The translations under genes were made by a program, and so were the position numbers. This document shows, one piece after another, positions 24,131 to 36,077 of a stretch of 36,647 nt of DNA; the stretch's first letter is position 1; the number at the start of each line of letters is the position of its first letter. Below the pieces are notes generated by a model, which was not told where the DNA came from, made no database searches, and saw only the letters and a list, made by a program, of their open reading frames with translations. The DNA is taken from NCBI RefSeq assembly GCF_001194135.2, contig NC_068984.1, forward strand, positions 100,461,294 to 100,497,940, read 5' to 3'. The stretch is from Octopus bimaculoides. Lineage: Eukaryota.

Positions 24131-25109
24131 AAGTGGTGAACGCTGGAGAAACAAGCTTTGATAGGAGACAGAAAAAATGTGTGCTATTCCTGTAGCTGAA
24201 CGAGAAGAAAGAAAGAAATTCGAGTTAGAAAAAGAAAGATCGTCACGTGTGAGCAATGAGAAAGTCAGGGAGGAAGAGTGAGGGAGAGAAAGGGACTGAT
24301 AGAGGACGGTGAAGGGGGAGGAAAAGAATTAGAGAAAGGATGAGAGAGAAAAAGGGGGATAAAAAGAATATAGAAAGAAGAAGAAGAAGAAGAAGANNNN
24401 NNNNNNNNNNNNNNNNNNNNNNNNNNNNNNNNNNNNNNNNNNNNNNNNNNNNNNNNNNNNNNNNNNNNNNNNNNNNNNNNNNNNNNNNNNNNNNNNNNNN
24501 NNNNNNNNNNNNNNNNNNNNNNNNNNNNNNNNNNNNNNNNNNNNNNNNNNNNNNNNNNNNNNNNNNNNNNNNNNNNNNNNNNNNNNNNNNNNNNNNNNNN
24601 NNNNNNNNNNNNNNNNNNNNNNNNNNNNNNNNNNNNNNNNNNNNNNNNNNNNNNNNNNNNNNNNNNNNNNNNNNNNNNNNNNNNNNNNNNNNNNNNNNNN
24701 NNNNNNNNNNNNNNNNNNNNNNNNNNNNNNNNNNNNNNNNNNNNNNNNNNNNNNNNNNNNNNNNNNNNNNNNNNNNNNNNNNNNNNNNNNNNNNNNNNNN
24801 NNNNNNNNNNNNNNNNNNNNNNNNNNNNNNNNNNNNNNNNNNNNNNNNNNNNNNNNNNNNNNNNNNNNNNNNNNNNNNNNNNNNNNNNNNNNNNNNNNNN
24901 NNNNNNNNNNNNNNNNNNNNNNNNNNNNNNNNNNNNNNNNNNNNNNNNNNNNNNNNNNNNNNNNNNNNNNNNNNNNNNNNNNNNNNNNNNNNNNNNNNNN
25001 NNNNNNNNNNNNNNNNNNNNNNNNNNNNNNNNNNNNNNNNNNNNNNNNNNNNNNNNNNNNNNNNNNNNNNNNNNNNNNNNNNNNNNNNNNNNNNNNNNNN
25101 NNNNATGTA

Positions 25110-25257
25110 CATACCTACATATATATGTATATGCACAGGCATATATGGGTACAGGACGTGAAAAAAACGTAAATAAAATGAAAAACGAGAATATGAAATA
25201 CGTAAACATGGAAAACGAACCATTTTTCGAACAACGAAAGGAACAAATAGAAAACCA
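25110..25257. repeat. Interspersed repeat family F, direct copy
   Basis: Anchor offset of 1341 bp from the 23801 copy (the interval includes an N gap). Confidence 0.8.
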
Positions 25258-25276
25258 ATATATATATGTATATATA

Positions 25277-25671
25277 GGTGCAGGCGCGGCTGTGTGGTAA
25301 GAAGCTTGCTTCTCAACCATATAGTTCTAGGTTCAATCCCACTGCACGGTATCTTGGGTAAGTATCTACTATAGCATCGACAGATCAAAGTCTTGAGTGT
25401 GAATTTGGTAGACGGGAACTGAAAAAAGCTCGTCGTGTATGTATATGTGTGTATGTGTGTACTCTTGTGTCAGTGTTTGTCCCCCCAACCACTACTTGGC
25501 AACCGGTGCTGGTGTGTTTACGCTTCCTTAACTAAGCAGTTCGACAAAGGAACCGATAGCAAAAGTACCAGGCTTTAAAAAATATATAGACAGTGGGATT
25601 GATTCATACGACAAAAAATTTTTTCAAGACGGTGCCCCAGCATGGCCGCAGTCTAATGACTGAAACAAGTA

Positions 25672-25672
<1 letters not shown>
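25277..25672 (+). mobile_element. SINE family A, long form
   Basis: 5' module, short TG spacer, and 3' module ending GTGCCCCAGCATGGCCGCAGTCTAATGACTGAAACAAG. Confidence 0.88.
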
Positions 25673-25709
<37 letters not shown>

Positions 25710-26486
25710 TACAGACAATATACTGTGAAAACAGCAGATAAAGATTTCATACGATATTCCGGTCGAAATTGACTTTCTTGCCTGTAAAATACCANNNNNN
25801 NNNNNNNNNNNNNNNNNNNNNNNNNNNNNNNNNNNNNNNNNNNNNNNNNNNNNNNNNNNNNNNNNNNNNNNNNNNNNNNNNNNNNNNNNNNNNNNNNNNN
25901 NNNNNNNNNNNNNNNNNNNNNNNNNNNNNNNNNNNNNNNNNNNNNNNNNNNNNNNNNNNNNNNNNNNNNNNNNNNNNNNNNNNNNNNNNNNNNNNNNNNN
26001 NNNNNNNNNNNNNNNNNNNNNNNNNNNNNNNNNNNNNNNNNNNNNNNNNNNNNNNNNNNNNNNNNNNNNNNNNNNNNNNNNNNNNNNNNNNNNNNNNNNN
26101 NNNNNNNNNNNNNNNNNNNNNNNNNNNNNNNNNNNNNNNNNNNNNNNNNNNNNNNNNNNNNNNNNNNNNNNNNNNNNNNNNNNNNNNNNNNNNNNNNNNN
26201 NNNNNNNNNNNNNNNNNNNNNNNNNNNNNNNNNNNNNNNNNNNNNNNNNNNNNNNNNNNNNNNNNNNNNNNNNNNNNNNNNNNNNNNNNNNNNNNNNNNN
26301 NNNNNNNNNNNNNNNNNNNNNNNNNNNNNNNNNNNNNNNNNNNNNNNNNNNNNNNNNNNNNNNNNNNNNNNNNNNNNNNNNNNNNNNNNNNNNNNNNNNN
26401 NNNNNNNNNNNNNNNNNNNNNNNNNNNNNNNNNNNNNNNNNNNNNNNNNNNNNNNNNNNNNNNNNNNNNNNNNNNNNNNNNNNNNN

Positions 26487-26543
<57 letters not shown>

Positions 26544-26905
26544 CGACGTCTATACAGTAAACCGCTCTGAATACTCTAGGATATGGCCAAAACAATGCAA
26601 AGTAATGCACAATCAAGGGCATACACTCAAAATATGATAAGAAGTACCAACATTAATGCTAAAATCAATATTAGCTCCAAATATGGTACTGTATACAGAT
26701 TGGTACCTCAAAATTTGTGAGTAGTGGAAAGAGTTGTATACATATAGCAGACATTAAAATACAGCTTTAGGCTATTCCATGTTATCAGCGGTGAAGTGGT
26801 AAGATTGATGTTTTATCGATCGACGCTGCCAAGTGGTGATTGAATCTCACGAGCAAGCTTGGAATCGGGTGTATGTACAGAGTTTATGCATGCATATAAG
26901 TATGG

Positions 26906-26954
<49 letters not shown>

Positions 26955-27706
26955 NNNNNNNNNNNNNNNNNNNNNNNNNNNNNNNNNNNNNNNNNNNNNN
27001 NNNNNNNNNNNNNNNNNNNNNNNNNNNNNNNNNNNNNNNNNNNNNNNNNNNNNNNNNNNNNNNNNNNNNNNNNNNNNNNNNNNNNNNNNNNNNNNNNNNN
27101 NNNNNNNNNNNNNNNNNNNNNNNNNNNNNNNNNNNNNNNNNNNNNNNNNNNNNNNNNNNNNNNNNNNNNNNNNNNNNNNNNNNNNNNNNNNNNNNNNNNN
27201 NNNNNNNNNNNNNNNNNNNNNNNNNNNNNNNNNNNNNNNNNNNNNNNNNNNNNNNNNNNNNNNNNNNNNNNNNNNNNNNNNNNNNNNNNNNNNNNNNNNN
27301 NNNNNNNNNNNNNNNNNNNNNNNNNNNNNNNNNNNNNNNNNNNNNNNNNNNNNNNNNNNNNNNNNNNNNNNNNNNNNNNNNNNNNNNNNNNNNNNNNNNN
27401 NNNNNNNNNNNNNNNNNNNNNNNNNNNNNNNNNNNNNNNNNNNNNNNNNNNNNNNNNNNNNNNNNNNNNNNNNNNNNNNNNNNNNNNNNNNNNNNNNNNN
27501 NNNNNNNNNNNNNNNNNNNNNNNNNNNNNNNNNNNNNNNNNNNNNNNNNNNNNNNNNNNNNNNNNNNNNNNNNNNNNNNNNNNNNNNNNNNNNNNNNNNN
27601 NNNNNNNNNNNNNNNNNNNNNNNNNNNNNNNNNNNNNNNNNNNNNNNNNNNNNNNNNNNNNNNNNNNNNNNNNNNNNNNNNNNNNNNNNNNNNNNNNNNN
27701 NNNNNN

Positions 27707-27761
<55 letters not shown>

Positions 27762-28167
27762 TATGTATGTATGTATGTATGTATGTATGGGATCAACAGA
27801 TGAGATACAGAGATTCTCAATATAGAAACGCTTGGTGGCGCTCAAATAATTTGAACTTACACACCGAAACCTTTACCGAGGATGAAGTCCGCAAGTTAAA
27901 GAATGGTTAAAAGAGGAACCCAGGTGAACAGATATGAAGACAAAGATGCAAATAAACAAACTGCTTGGGTTTGATATACAAAACACGTACACATTTAAAT
28001 AAAGAGAAAGCAAAGACTGAAAATTGTCAGACGATGAATATTCAAGTATAAATATATAGATATTTATATTATTAACAGAGCAAATTTACACAGTATGCAT
28101 GCATGCATGTATGTATGTATGTATGTATGTATGTATGTATGTATCTATGTATGTATGTATGTATGTA

Positions 28168-28356
28168 TAATCCCAACACATTTTTTTCTCTCTTCGTTTT
28201 TTCTCATTCTCCATTTTTTCCTCTCAATCCTTTATTTGAAAGAGTGTAGGCTCGAAACGTCAAAGACTTTTCCATTCTTCCCGAGCGTCAAAGTATTACA
28301 CCAGCTTGTTGTTCCCTCACCTGTCTTCGTCTTTTCTTTTCTGTAAATTTGAGCTA
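28168..28356 (+). repeat. Repeat family G with a hammerhead-like motif at 28230-28265 (CUGANGA box decayed)
   Basis: CTTT-ATTTGAAA-GAGT-GTAG-GCTC-GAAAC-GTC-AAAG: stem I, stem II, GAAA, ACGU and GUC are retained. Confidence 0.78.
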
Positions 28357-28378
28357 TATATTTGTACATATTCAAACA

Positions 28379-29691
28379 CACGAGGTGCATTCCAGGAGGT
28401 TTGAGACCTTTTCGGGGTAGTAGCAATTATAACTCACCTAGATAATTGTAATTTTAGTATATCATTACTATACAGCCAATAAACTGACCTGCTTGCATTT
28501 TTTTTTCAGATTGAAGGAGACGGATGCGGCAGCACTTTGAACACACCCTACAAAACACTGCTTGTCACAGACGACTAGTTCGCAGAATGCAGTCGGGACT
28601 TGAGGACAATTTCGAAGCTTGTTGTGCAATGAAGCTTTGTGCTGTTGAAACTTATAAAATGTCCCAGATCGCTTATGAATTAACTTGTATTAGCCGAACA
28701 TCTGTTTTCGCTGGCACAAGAGGTTCAAGAACGCTAGAGAGGAGGTGGGAAACGATAAGAGGTGTTGGAGGGAGAACATCAGAACATCAGAGCCGGTTAG
28801 GAAGATTCGCTATTTTATGGAGGTAGACTGAATACTATTGTCAATAAAGACAATAGTATTCAGTTTGGAGTTGGTGTAGCGACAGTACACAGAATTATTC
28901 AAGAAGATATGAACACGTGCAAAATGTGTAGAAAAATTGTTCCCAGAGTACTCATTGACGAACACAAGAAAAGAGGTGTTGGTGATAACAGGGAGATGGC
29001 TGAGCTCATGACCTCCCATCTAAAAATACTTGAGTCTCTGGTGACCTGTGAGAAAAGCTGGCTCTACTGTTATGATCCAGAGACCAAAAGATAGACTTCC
29101 CAATGGAAACATCTTGGTTCTCGCAGACCCAAGAAGGCTAGGCAAAGCAAGTTCCCCGGGACGTTCTTGATGTTCCCCTTTTTCAACAGCAAAGGCGTCA
29201 TTTACATCCACTGGGGTTTCTTTGTCCTGAAAGTCAGCAAAGAGTATTTTGTAACAATCTTAAAGGGATTCAAGAAGAGATTTCGTTGTAAAAGGCCAGA
29301 GCTCTCTCATTCGACTTGGTGGCATCTGAACCAGAGCAATGCATCACACCGCAGTTCTATCCTAATAAAAAACTACTTGACAAAGATAGGCATCATAGCT
29401 GTCCCTCCCCTCCTTACAGTTTAGACCTTACTCACCGTGACTTTTGGCTGTTCCTCAAGCTGAAAGAGAACCTCAGGGAAAATGGTTTTGAAGACACTGA
29501 GAAGATGAAGGTAATCGTGACAGGGTTCCTCGACACCTTCACTTCGGAGGACTTCCCCAGGCCTTCATTAAGTGTGGGCGGATTGCTATAAGTGCATTGA
29601 AGTCAGAGGATCCTACTTTGAAAGTGATTACAGTCTTGTACTTTGAAATTAATAAATGTCTCCTGAAAATATCGCAGCACTTCTGGAATGC

Positions 29692-29695
<4 letters not shown>
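28379..29695 (+). mobile_element. Near full-length mariner transposon with a frameshifted transposase
   Basis: TIR-like TGCATTCCAGGAG (28386-28398) and RC of CTTCTGGAATGCA (29680-29692); motifs KIVPRVL, VTCEKSWLYCYDPETKR, FFNSKGVIY and PYSLDLTHRDFWLFLKLKENLR. Confidence 0.9.
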
Positions 29696-29735
<40 letters not shown>

Positions 29736-30385
29736 NNNNNNNNNNNNNNNNNNNNNNNNNNNNNNNNNNNNNNNNNNNNNNNNNNNNNNNNNNNNNNNNN
29801 NNNNNNNNNNNNNNNNNNNNNNNNNNNNNNNNNNNNNNNNNNNNNNNNNNNNNNNNNNNNNNNNNNNNNNNNNNNNNNNNNNNNNNNNNNNNNNNNNNNN
29901 NNNNNNNNNNNNNNNNNNNNNNNNNNNNNNNNNNNNNNNNNNNNNNNNNNNNNNNNNNNNNNNNNNNNNNNNNNNNNNNNNNNNNNNNNNNNNNNNNNNN
30001 NNNNNNNNNNNNNNNNNNNNNNNNNNNNNNNNNNNNNNNNNNNNNNNNNNNNNNNNNNNNNNNNNNNNNNNNNNNNNNNNNNNNNNNNNNNNNNNNNNNN
30101 NNNNNNNNNNNNNNNNNNNNNNNNNNNNNNNNNNNNNNNNNNNNNNNNNNNNNNNNNNNNNNNNNNNNNNNNNNNNNNNNNNNNNNNNNNNNNNNNNNNN
30201 NNNNNNNNNNNNNNNNNNNNNNNNNNNNNNNNNNNNNNNNNNNNNNNNNNNNNNNNNNNNNNNNNNNNNNNNNNNNNNNNNNNNNNNNNNNNNNNNNNNN
30301 NNNNNNNNNNNNNNNNNNNNNNNNNNNNNNNNNNNNNNNNNNNNNNNNNNNNNNNNNNNNTATATATATAGTACATACATATGCG

Positions 30386-31004
30386 TAATTATATCGATAT
30401 ATTTATAATTATATATTTATATTAATGTTTACCTATATGGTTTTTATTAAGTGTTGGCCACTGATAAGATCATTAATTGATTTTATCCTTAATTATGTAT
30501 GCATATATATTTATTTATTCACTCCGATCCTGATATTTACTGCGGTATTATCATGATCAAATATGCATGTGGTTGAGATGAATAATCGGATTTGGCTCGT
30601 ATATACATGTGGATATATGTATATATTTGTATATATATACGAATGTATTTGTATGGGAATGTATATATATTTATATTTATGTACTTCTGGTATATTCTAC
30701 TGATGATGGTAAAGTAATTTGTATTACTAAACCAGAAATCAGACGATCTAGAATTAACCTAAACATTTTGCTAAACTTCTTTTATTCATTTGTTCGCTTT
30801 CAGCTTTGTGCTAATGGACTGTAATTTGAAGTGGTTTTTGGAGTCTTTTGACGTCTATCTCTAGCGTCTAGGAGCTGTTTCTCATTACCCTTAATCATAA
30901 TTATATCTATACAATTATATATTTATAGTAATGTTTGCCTATAATGTTTTTATTACACGCTGGCTACTGATAAGATCATTAATTGATTTTATCCTTAATT
31001 ATGT
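30386..31004 (+). repeat. Direct repeat (30386-30498 and 30898-31004), period 506 bp
   Basis: 39-nt exact match ACTGATAAGATCATTAATTGATTTTATCCTTAATTATGT at 30460 and 30966, with similar upstream flanks. Confidence 0.9.
30689..30759 (+). ncRNA. Complete type I hammerhead ribozyme, predicted cleavage after AUC (30748/30749)
   Basis: Stem I AUUCUA/UAGAAU plus GGU/ACC extension; CUGAUGA 30700-30706; stem II UGGU/ACCA, AA/AA loop, AGUAAU/AUUACU, UUGU loop; GAAA 30735-30738; stem III AUC-AGAC-GAU; C17. Confidence 0.85.
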
Positions 31005-31084
31005 GTGTATACATACATACATACATACATACGTACCAATATGCATGCATACATACTGTACATACTGACATACATACATACCAA

Positions 31085-31154
<70 letters not shown>

Positions 31155-31199
31155 GATATCTATGTATGACCGCACGCGGATTTGTGTTTTACTCTACCA

Positions 31200-31396
31200 A
31201 TGCATGACAACCTGTGTTGGTTTATTTACATCTCCGGAATTGGATGGTTTGGCAAGAAGAGACCGATAGGAAAAGTAGCTGGCTTGAAAAGAAAACAAGT
31301 GCTGGAGGTGGTTTGTTCCATTAAAACATATCAAGGCAATGTTTCAGAATTGCCACAGTGTAAAACAGCTAAAACAAGCAAAAGATAAAAGATAAG
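31200..31396 (+). mobile_element. Orphan 3' module of SINE family A
   Basis: TGACAACCTGTGTTGGTTTATTTAC..TTGGCAAGAAGAGACCGATAG..AAAAGATAAAAGATAAG tail; homologous to 25490-25672 and 34155-34378. Confidence 0.65.
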
Positions 31397-31964
31397 AGAA
31401 GAAAACATTATTATAAAAGATGTGAAATAATCATAAAAGAAACCTTTAAATCGTCTGGTGGAATATTTATATTATTTCAACGTGTAAGGATAATTCTCCT
31501 GTGTGATTGTCTGCTTTATTAAATCACAGACAGACATTTTACGAAAAACATTTATCTTCTGAATTGTTTTCTATTTTTTATTATTTTGTTTTTTGTATTA
31601 ACACCAGGAAATTTTAGTGTGGCGTTTAGTCATAAATTCTTCGTTGGTAGTTCACAATATTAAATAGTTTGCGGGTGAAGACAAGAATGACCGCACTAAT
31701 ACTTATTTGAGTTTTCATATTTTATTAACCTGAATCATTTATGTCTACATGTGTACATATAAATAACACTGTAACAAAATTTATATATATGTTTTGTCTT
31801 TGATCAATAAGTGTTATTTCTTATTTACTTCTTTCTAGAAATGAAAAGAAATGAATAGTATTCTCTTCAAACTTTACTATTGTGACCTGGACAACACTGT
31901 TTTGAAACTAACCTATTTTCCATTACATTTCAGACAGATTCAGCACTGAGTTGCTGAAGCAGAA

Positions 31965-32135
31965 ATATCGTTATAGCAAATATTCTGTTCAATATCACAG
32001 GTTTGCTTGTCAGTTGCTTGACCTTAACCACTTGGGCATGTCCCTTAGTGACTGACAATATGTGCATCTCTGATCATGAGCAGGAATAGTCGGGGAGCAT
32101 CAAAGCCATGTGTTGGGAGGGATTCTTTTGAGTTT
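31965..32135. repeat. Probable interspersed repeat, unclassified
   Basis: CATGTCCCTTAGTGACTGACAATATGTGCATCTCTGATCATGAGCAG resembles an Octopus repeat I recall; there is no second copy in this window. Confidence 0.35.
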
Positions 32136-33290
32136 TAATAAATACCATAACAAAAGCGAAGTTTGAAAGAAATATTAGTCACTATTCATACTTTCTAGGG
32201 TTAAGCAAATAAAAAATAACAGTTGCTACCCAGGGACAAAAATCGCGTTACACAATGTAATTTAAGGGAATAACGTTCATGAAACAATGAACATAACAAT
32301 TATGAACCTTCTGTTATATAGCGTGCTAGATAATATTATGAAATTTGTCCATAGTTATTGATGATGAAATAATAGGGAGTTAAAACTATTGGATATAATC
32401 AATGTGTGCGTGATTTAACTACAATTCAAGGTTATTACCTTTGCTAAACACGCCATAAACATTAAGTAAGAAAAAGTAAAAGAGAGCGAGGGACTAACTC
32501 ATCGAATATAGCGAGTAGTTTTGTGTGGAGTACTGAAAGGCTCAAATCTGAGGTTGAATTCACCAACTTTTTATAACTGTAAACCAAATTTTCCAGAGTT
32601 TCGATCGACTTATTTGGCAGGAAAAGTCACTTGTTTTCTTTGAAGTTCGCCGCATCTACCATAACAAGTCAGTCATATTCGCATAGGTGCTCATGCTTTT
32701 ATGACAATACGGTAGGTCGTGGTTCTGAGAATGAACAATCGAAAAGTAATGGTTTATAATTCAGTCGTAGTCCCGCTATGAAATTAACTCAGAAAGCATA
32801 GTAAGCATTCAAGTCTCCTAAAATACAGAATTTCGAAACAAATAAGTTGTATTTAAAGTTTCTGTTGTAGTTATAAGTGCTGTTTGAGAATTATATTCTT
32901 AACGAAAAGAAACTAATCTCATAAAGTATTTATAGCTTGTTTAAGAAAAATAACATTAGAATAATTATAACGAAATATTAGCACCAGTGTTTAGACATAA
33001 GCAACGGTTAGGCTAGTTAAAATATATTTGTGACATATTTCTACTATTAAAAAGCAAGTTCACTGCAGTTGCCGTAGAGAAAATATTTCATTTATGGTGG
33101 CGTTTTGTCACATATTCACACGTTCTTTTATAACGGAACTGATGGGAGTGTGTCCCTAAAACTGTTGATATGACGCTTCCATTGTTGTTAGGCTTGTCAT
33201 TGATACTGTTGCTGTTGTGGAAATGTTGATATGTTTTAACCTAAAAGTTCAGTCCAGACCAAGCAAACCTATATCATAGGTATTTGATTA

Positions 33291-33448
33291 GGCACAAGTA
33301 TGGCTGTGTGGTAAGAAGCTTACTTCTCAATCACATGAGTTGGCGTTCAGTCTTACTGAGTGGCACTTTGCTAGTGTCTTCTACTGCAGCCTTAGGCCAA
33401 TCAAAGCCTTATAGGTATATTTGATAGACGGTAACTGAAAGCCCGACG

Positions 33449-33450
<2 letters not shown>
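33291..33450 (+). mobile_element. SINE family A 5' module
   Basis: ATGGCTGTGTGGTAAGAAGCTT..AGTGTCTTCTACT..AAAGCCTT..TAGACGGTAACTGAAAG followed by (TA)n. Confidence 0.85.
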
Positions 33451-33477
<27 letters not shown>

Positions 33478-33480
<3 letters not shown>

Positions 33481-33606
33481 CAGAGAGGCGTGGCATGCTG
33501 ATCAAAGGAGTCCGCCTCCTCCAAAACAACAACCCAGATCACAATGCGCATGTTGCTCAGATGAAAGCATACTCCCGCGACTATGAAATCCTTCCGGATC
33601 CTCCTT
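33478..33606 (+). pseudogene. Mariner transposase fragment (second catalytic Asp region), cut by a gap
   Basis: RGMLIKGVRLLQNNNPDHNAHVAQMKAYSRDYEILPDPP resembles RGML.KGVLLL.DNA..H…ELLPHPP. Confidence 0.75.
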
Positions 33607-34154
33607 NNNNNNNNNNNNNNNNNNNNNNNNNNNNNNNNNNNNNNNNNNNNNNNNNNNNNNNNNNNNNNNNNNNNNNNNNNNNNNNNNNNNNNNNNNNNNN
33701 NNNNNNNNNNNNNNNNNNNNNNNNNNNNNNNNNNNNNNNNNNNNNNNNNNNNNNNNNNNNNNNNNNNNNNNNNNNNNNNNNNNNNNNNNNNNNNNNNNNN
33801 NNNNNNNNNNNNNNNNNNNNNNNNNNNNNNNNNNNNNNNNNNNNNNNNNNNNNNNNNNNNNNNNNNNNNNNNNNNNNNNNNNNNNNNNNNNNNNNNNNNN
33901 NNNNNNNNNNNNNNNNNNNNNNNNNNNNNNNNNNNNNNNNNNNNNNNNNNNNNNNNNNNNNNNNNNNNNNNNNNNNNNNNNNNNNNNNNNNNNNNNNNNN
34001 NNNNNNNNNNNNNNNNNNNNNNNNNNNNNNNNNNTATACATGTATGTATGTATGTATGTATGCAGGTATGTATGTATGTATGTATGTATGTATGCATGCA
34101 TGTATGTATGTATGTATGTATGTATGTATGCATGTATGTATGTATGTATGTATT

Positions 34155-34378
34155 TGCATGTGTTTTGTCCCTTACCATCGCTTGACAACCAGTGTTGGTT
34201 TGTTAACGTCACGTAACCTATCGGTTCGGCAAATATTAAACTTAAAAAAAAAAGAAAAATAGTAAGTCCTGTGAGCGATTTGCTCGACTAAACCATTCAA
34301 AGCAGTGCCCCAGCATGGCTGCGGCCTAATGACTGAATCAGATAAAAGATAGAAGATAAAAGACATAAGATAAACGAC
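34155..34378 (+). mobile_element. SINE family A 3' module (likely continuation of 33291-33450)
   Basis: TTTGTCCCTTACCATCGCTTGACAACCAGTGTTGG..GTGCCCCAGCATGGCTGCGGCCTAATGACTGAA with a GATAAAA tail. Confidence 0.8.
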
Positions 34379-34429
34379 CACGGATGACTGACAAACCTAC
34401 GGCTTCCCGTATTTTATATCTTTACTTAA

Positions 34430-34660
34430 TTAGGACATTCGAAACACGAGTCCGAGACCGTACCAAGTGGCGGTGTTCTATCACCATCGGAACCAAAAAC
34501 TTCGAAGCCACCAGAAGAGAAAAGGAAGAAATCAAACGACAGGAAAGAAAAGCTCGACAAAATCAACCTCGTCCTCCACCAACATTTCCATGCAGTCAAT
34601 GCCATTGACTCTTCCATGCAAGAATTGATCTATTTAGTCATCAACGTCATCACCATAAAG
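34430..34660 (+). pseudogene. RTE/BovB-type LINE C-terminus with a C2H2-like motif
   Basis: FETRVRDRTKWR..FEATRREKEEIKRQERK..FPCSQCH*LFHARIDLFSHQRHH. Confidence 0.8.
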
Positions 34661-35380
34661 GAAACATTCAGCAAAGAAAATAAATTCTCGGATAAGAGAT
34701 AACGCCGCCACCGCCGACTTATCTTAGGACAGTACCATGTATATCAAATAACCATGAACCTATTGCCTTACACAGGCCATAACACTATACCTCTACTTAT
34801 CATAGGACCATACCAAGTACTTGGACATACAGTGGGTAATCGTAAGGGGTACGTACAGTGTATTTCTATGTATACCAAACTTCTATATCATAATTTCCGA
34901 AGAGCTTAAAGCAGTATCTTTTCTGGAAACTTGATGCAATCTTCTTTTGGTAGAAAGGAATGAAATGATTCTAAGACAGAATCACGAACATCAGTATAAA
35001 TGTTATATGAAGAAATATCTCGTACTAGATCATTATCGATTATAGTACAAAGCAGCAGACATATGAATCAACGGAGTAATCTCAATGTGTCTCTTGTCTA
35101 CAGGAACAAATTAAATTGTTGGAAGATTTCAGAATTGTTTCACAGCTGCAAGGACACCTCAAACTGAATTTCGAAATACGACGTGGCCACCGGAAGATAC
35201 ACACGCGCTCGCACACTCACACTCGTACATACTTAATGCAGACATACATTCATACACACATACATACATGCATACGTACAAACATCTATATTTCTATCTA
35301 TCTATCTATCTTTTTTTTTTCTTCCCCCTCCCAAAAAGAAAAGCTCTACATTGTATTTGTCCCATCTTCGTTGAGCATTG

Positions 35381-35400
35381 TGTGGCTAATAAAAGAAATG

Positions 35401-35473
<73 letters not shown>

Positions 35474-35523
35474 GCCTGCCTGCCTGTCTGTCTGTCTGCC
35501 TGTCTGTTTGTCTGTTTGTCTGT

Positions 35524-35618
<95 letters not shown>
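35381..35618. repeat. Compound (TCTA)n-(TCTG/GCCT)n-(TCTA)n tetranucleotide repeat
   Basis: Direct reading. Confidence 0.95.
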
Positions 35619-35620
35619 GC

Positions 35621-35776
35621 TGGTGTAGCCGTGTGGTGAGAAGCTTGCTTCCCAACTACATGGTTCCAGGTTCAGTCCTACTGCTTGGTACTTTGGGAAA
35701 GTGTCTTCTACTATAGCCTCAGACCGTCTAAAGCCTTGTGAGTAGACGGAAACTGAAAGAAGCTCGTCGTATATAT
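35621..35776 (+). mobile_element. SINE family A 5' module
   Basis: GCCGTGTGGTGAGAAGCTTGCTTCCCAAC..GGTTCAGTCC..GTAGACGGAAACTGAAAGAAGCTCGTCGTATA. Confidence 0.88.
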
Positions 35777-36077
35777 AATTAATCTGAACGGCAGTTTGCA
35801 AGGTTTCACCAAAAAGGAGAATTACAAAGGTCACTGAATGCGACTACGGTGTTAGAAAACACCTACATTGCTACAAATAAGAGCTAAAACGCTCAAATGC
35901 TGTAGTTAACGCACATGAATGAAAACACCCTCTAACAGGACCATAACCGTCCGAAAAGCATTAGAGCGTTTTTGCTCTTATTTCTAGCAAAGTGCTTTCT
36001 AACACCCAAGTCGCATTTAGTGATACATACATACATACATACATATATAAAAGACGCTCAGGGAAGGAAAGAAAGGG

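Noticed and set aside
27797-27835. CAGATGA..GAAAC hammerhead-like string
   Set aside because: U4 is mutated, there is no GUH/NUH at the correct position and no stem I; the similar string at 4197-4215 lacks stem II.
7929-34262. Long ORFs of 190-450 aa in the track
   Set aside because: They are open only because they run through N gaps; the flanks are microsatellite translations.
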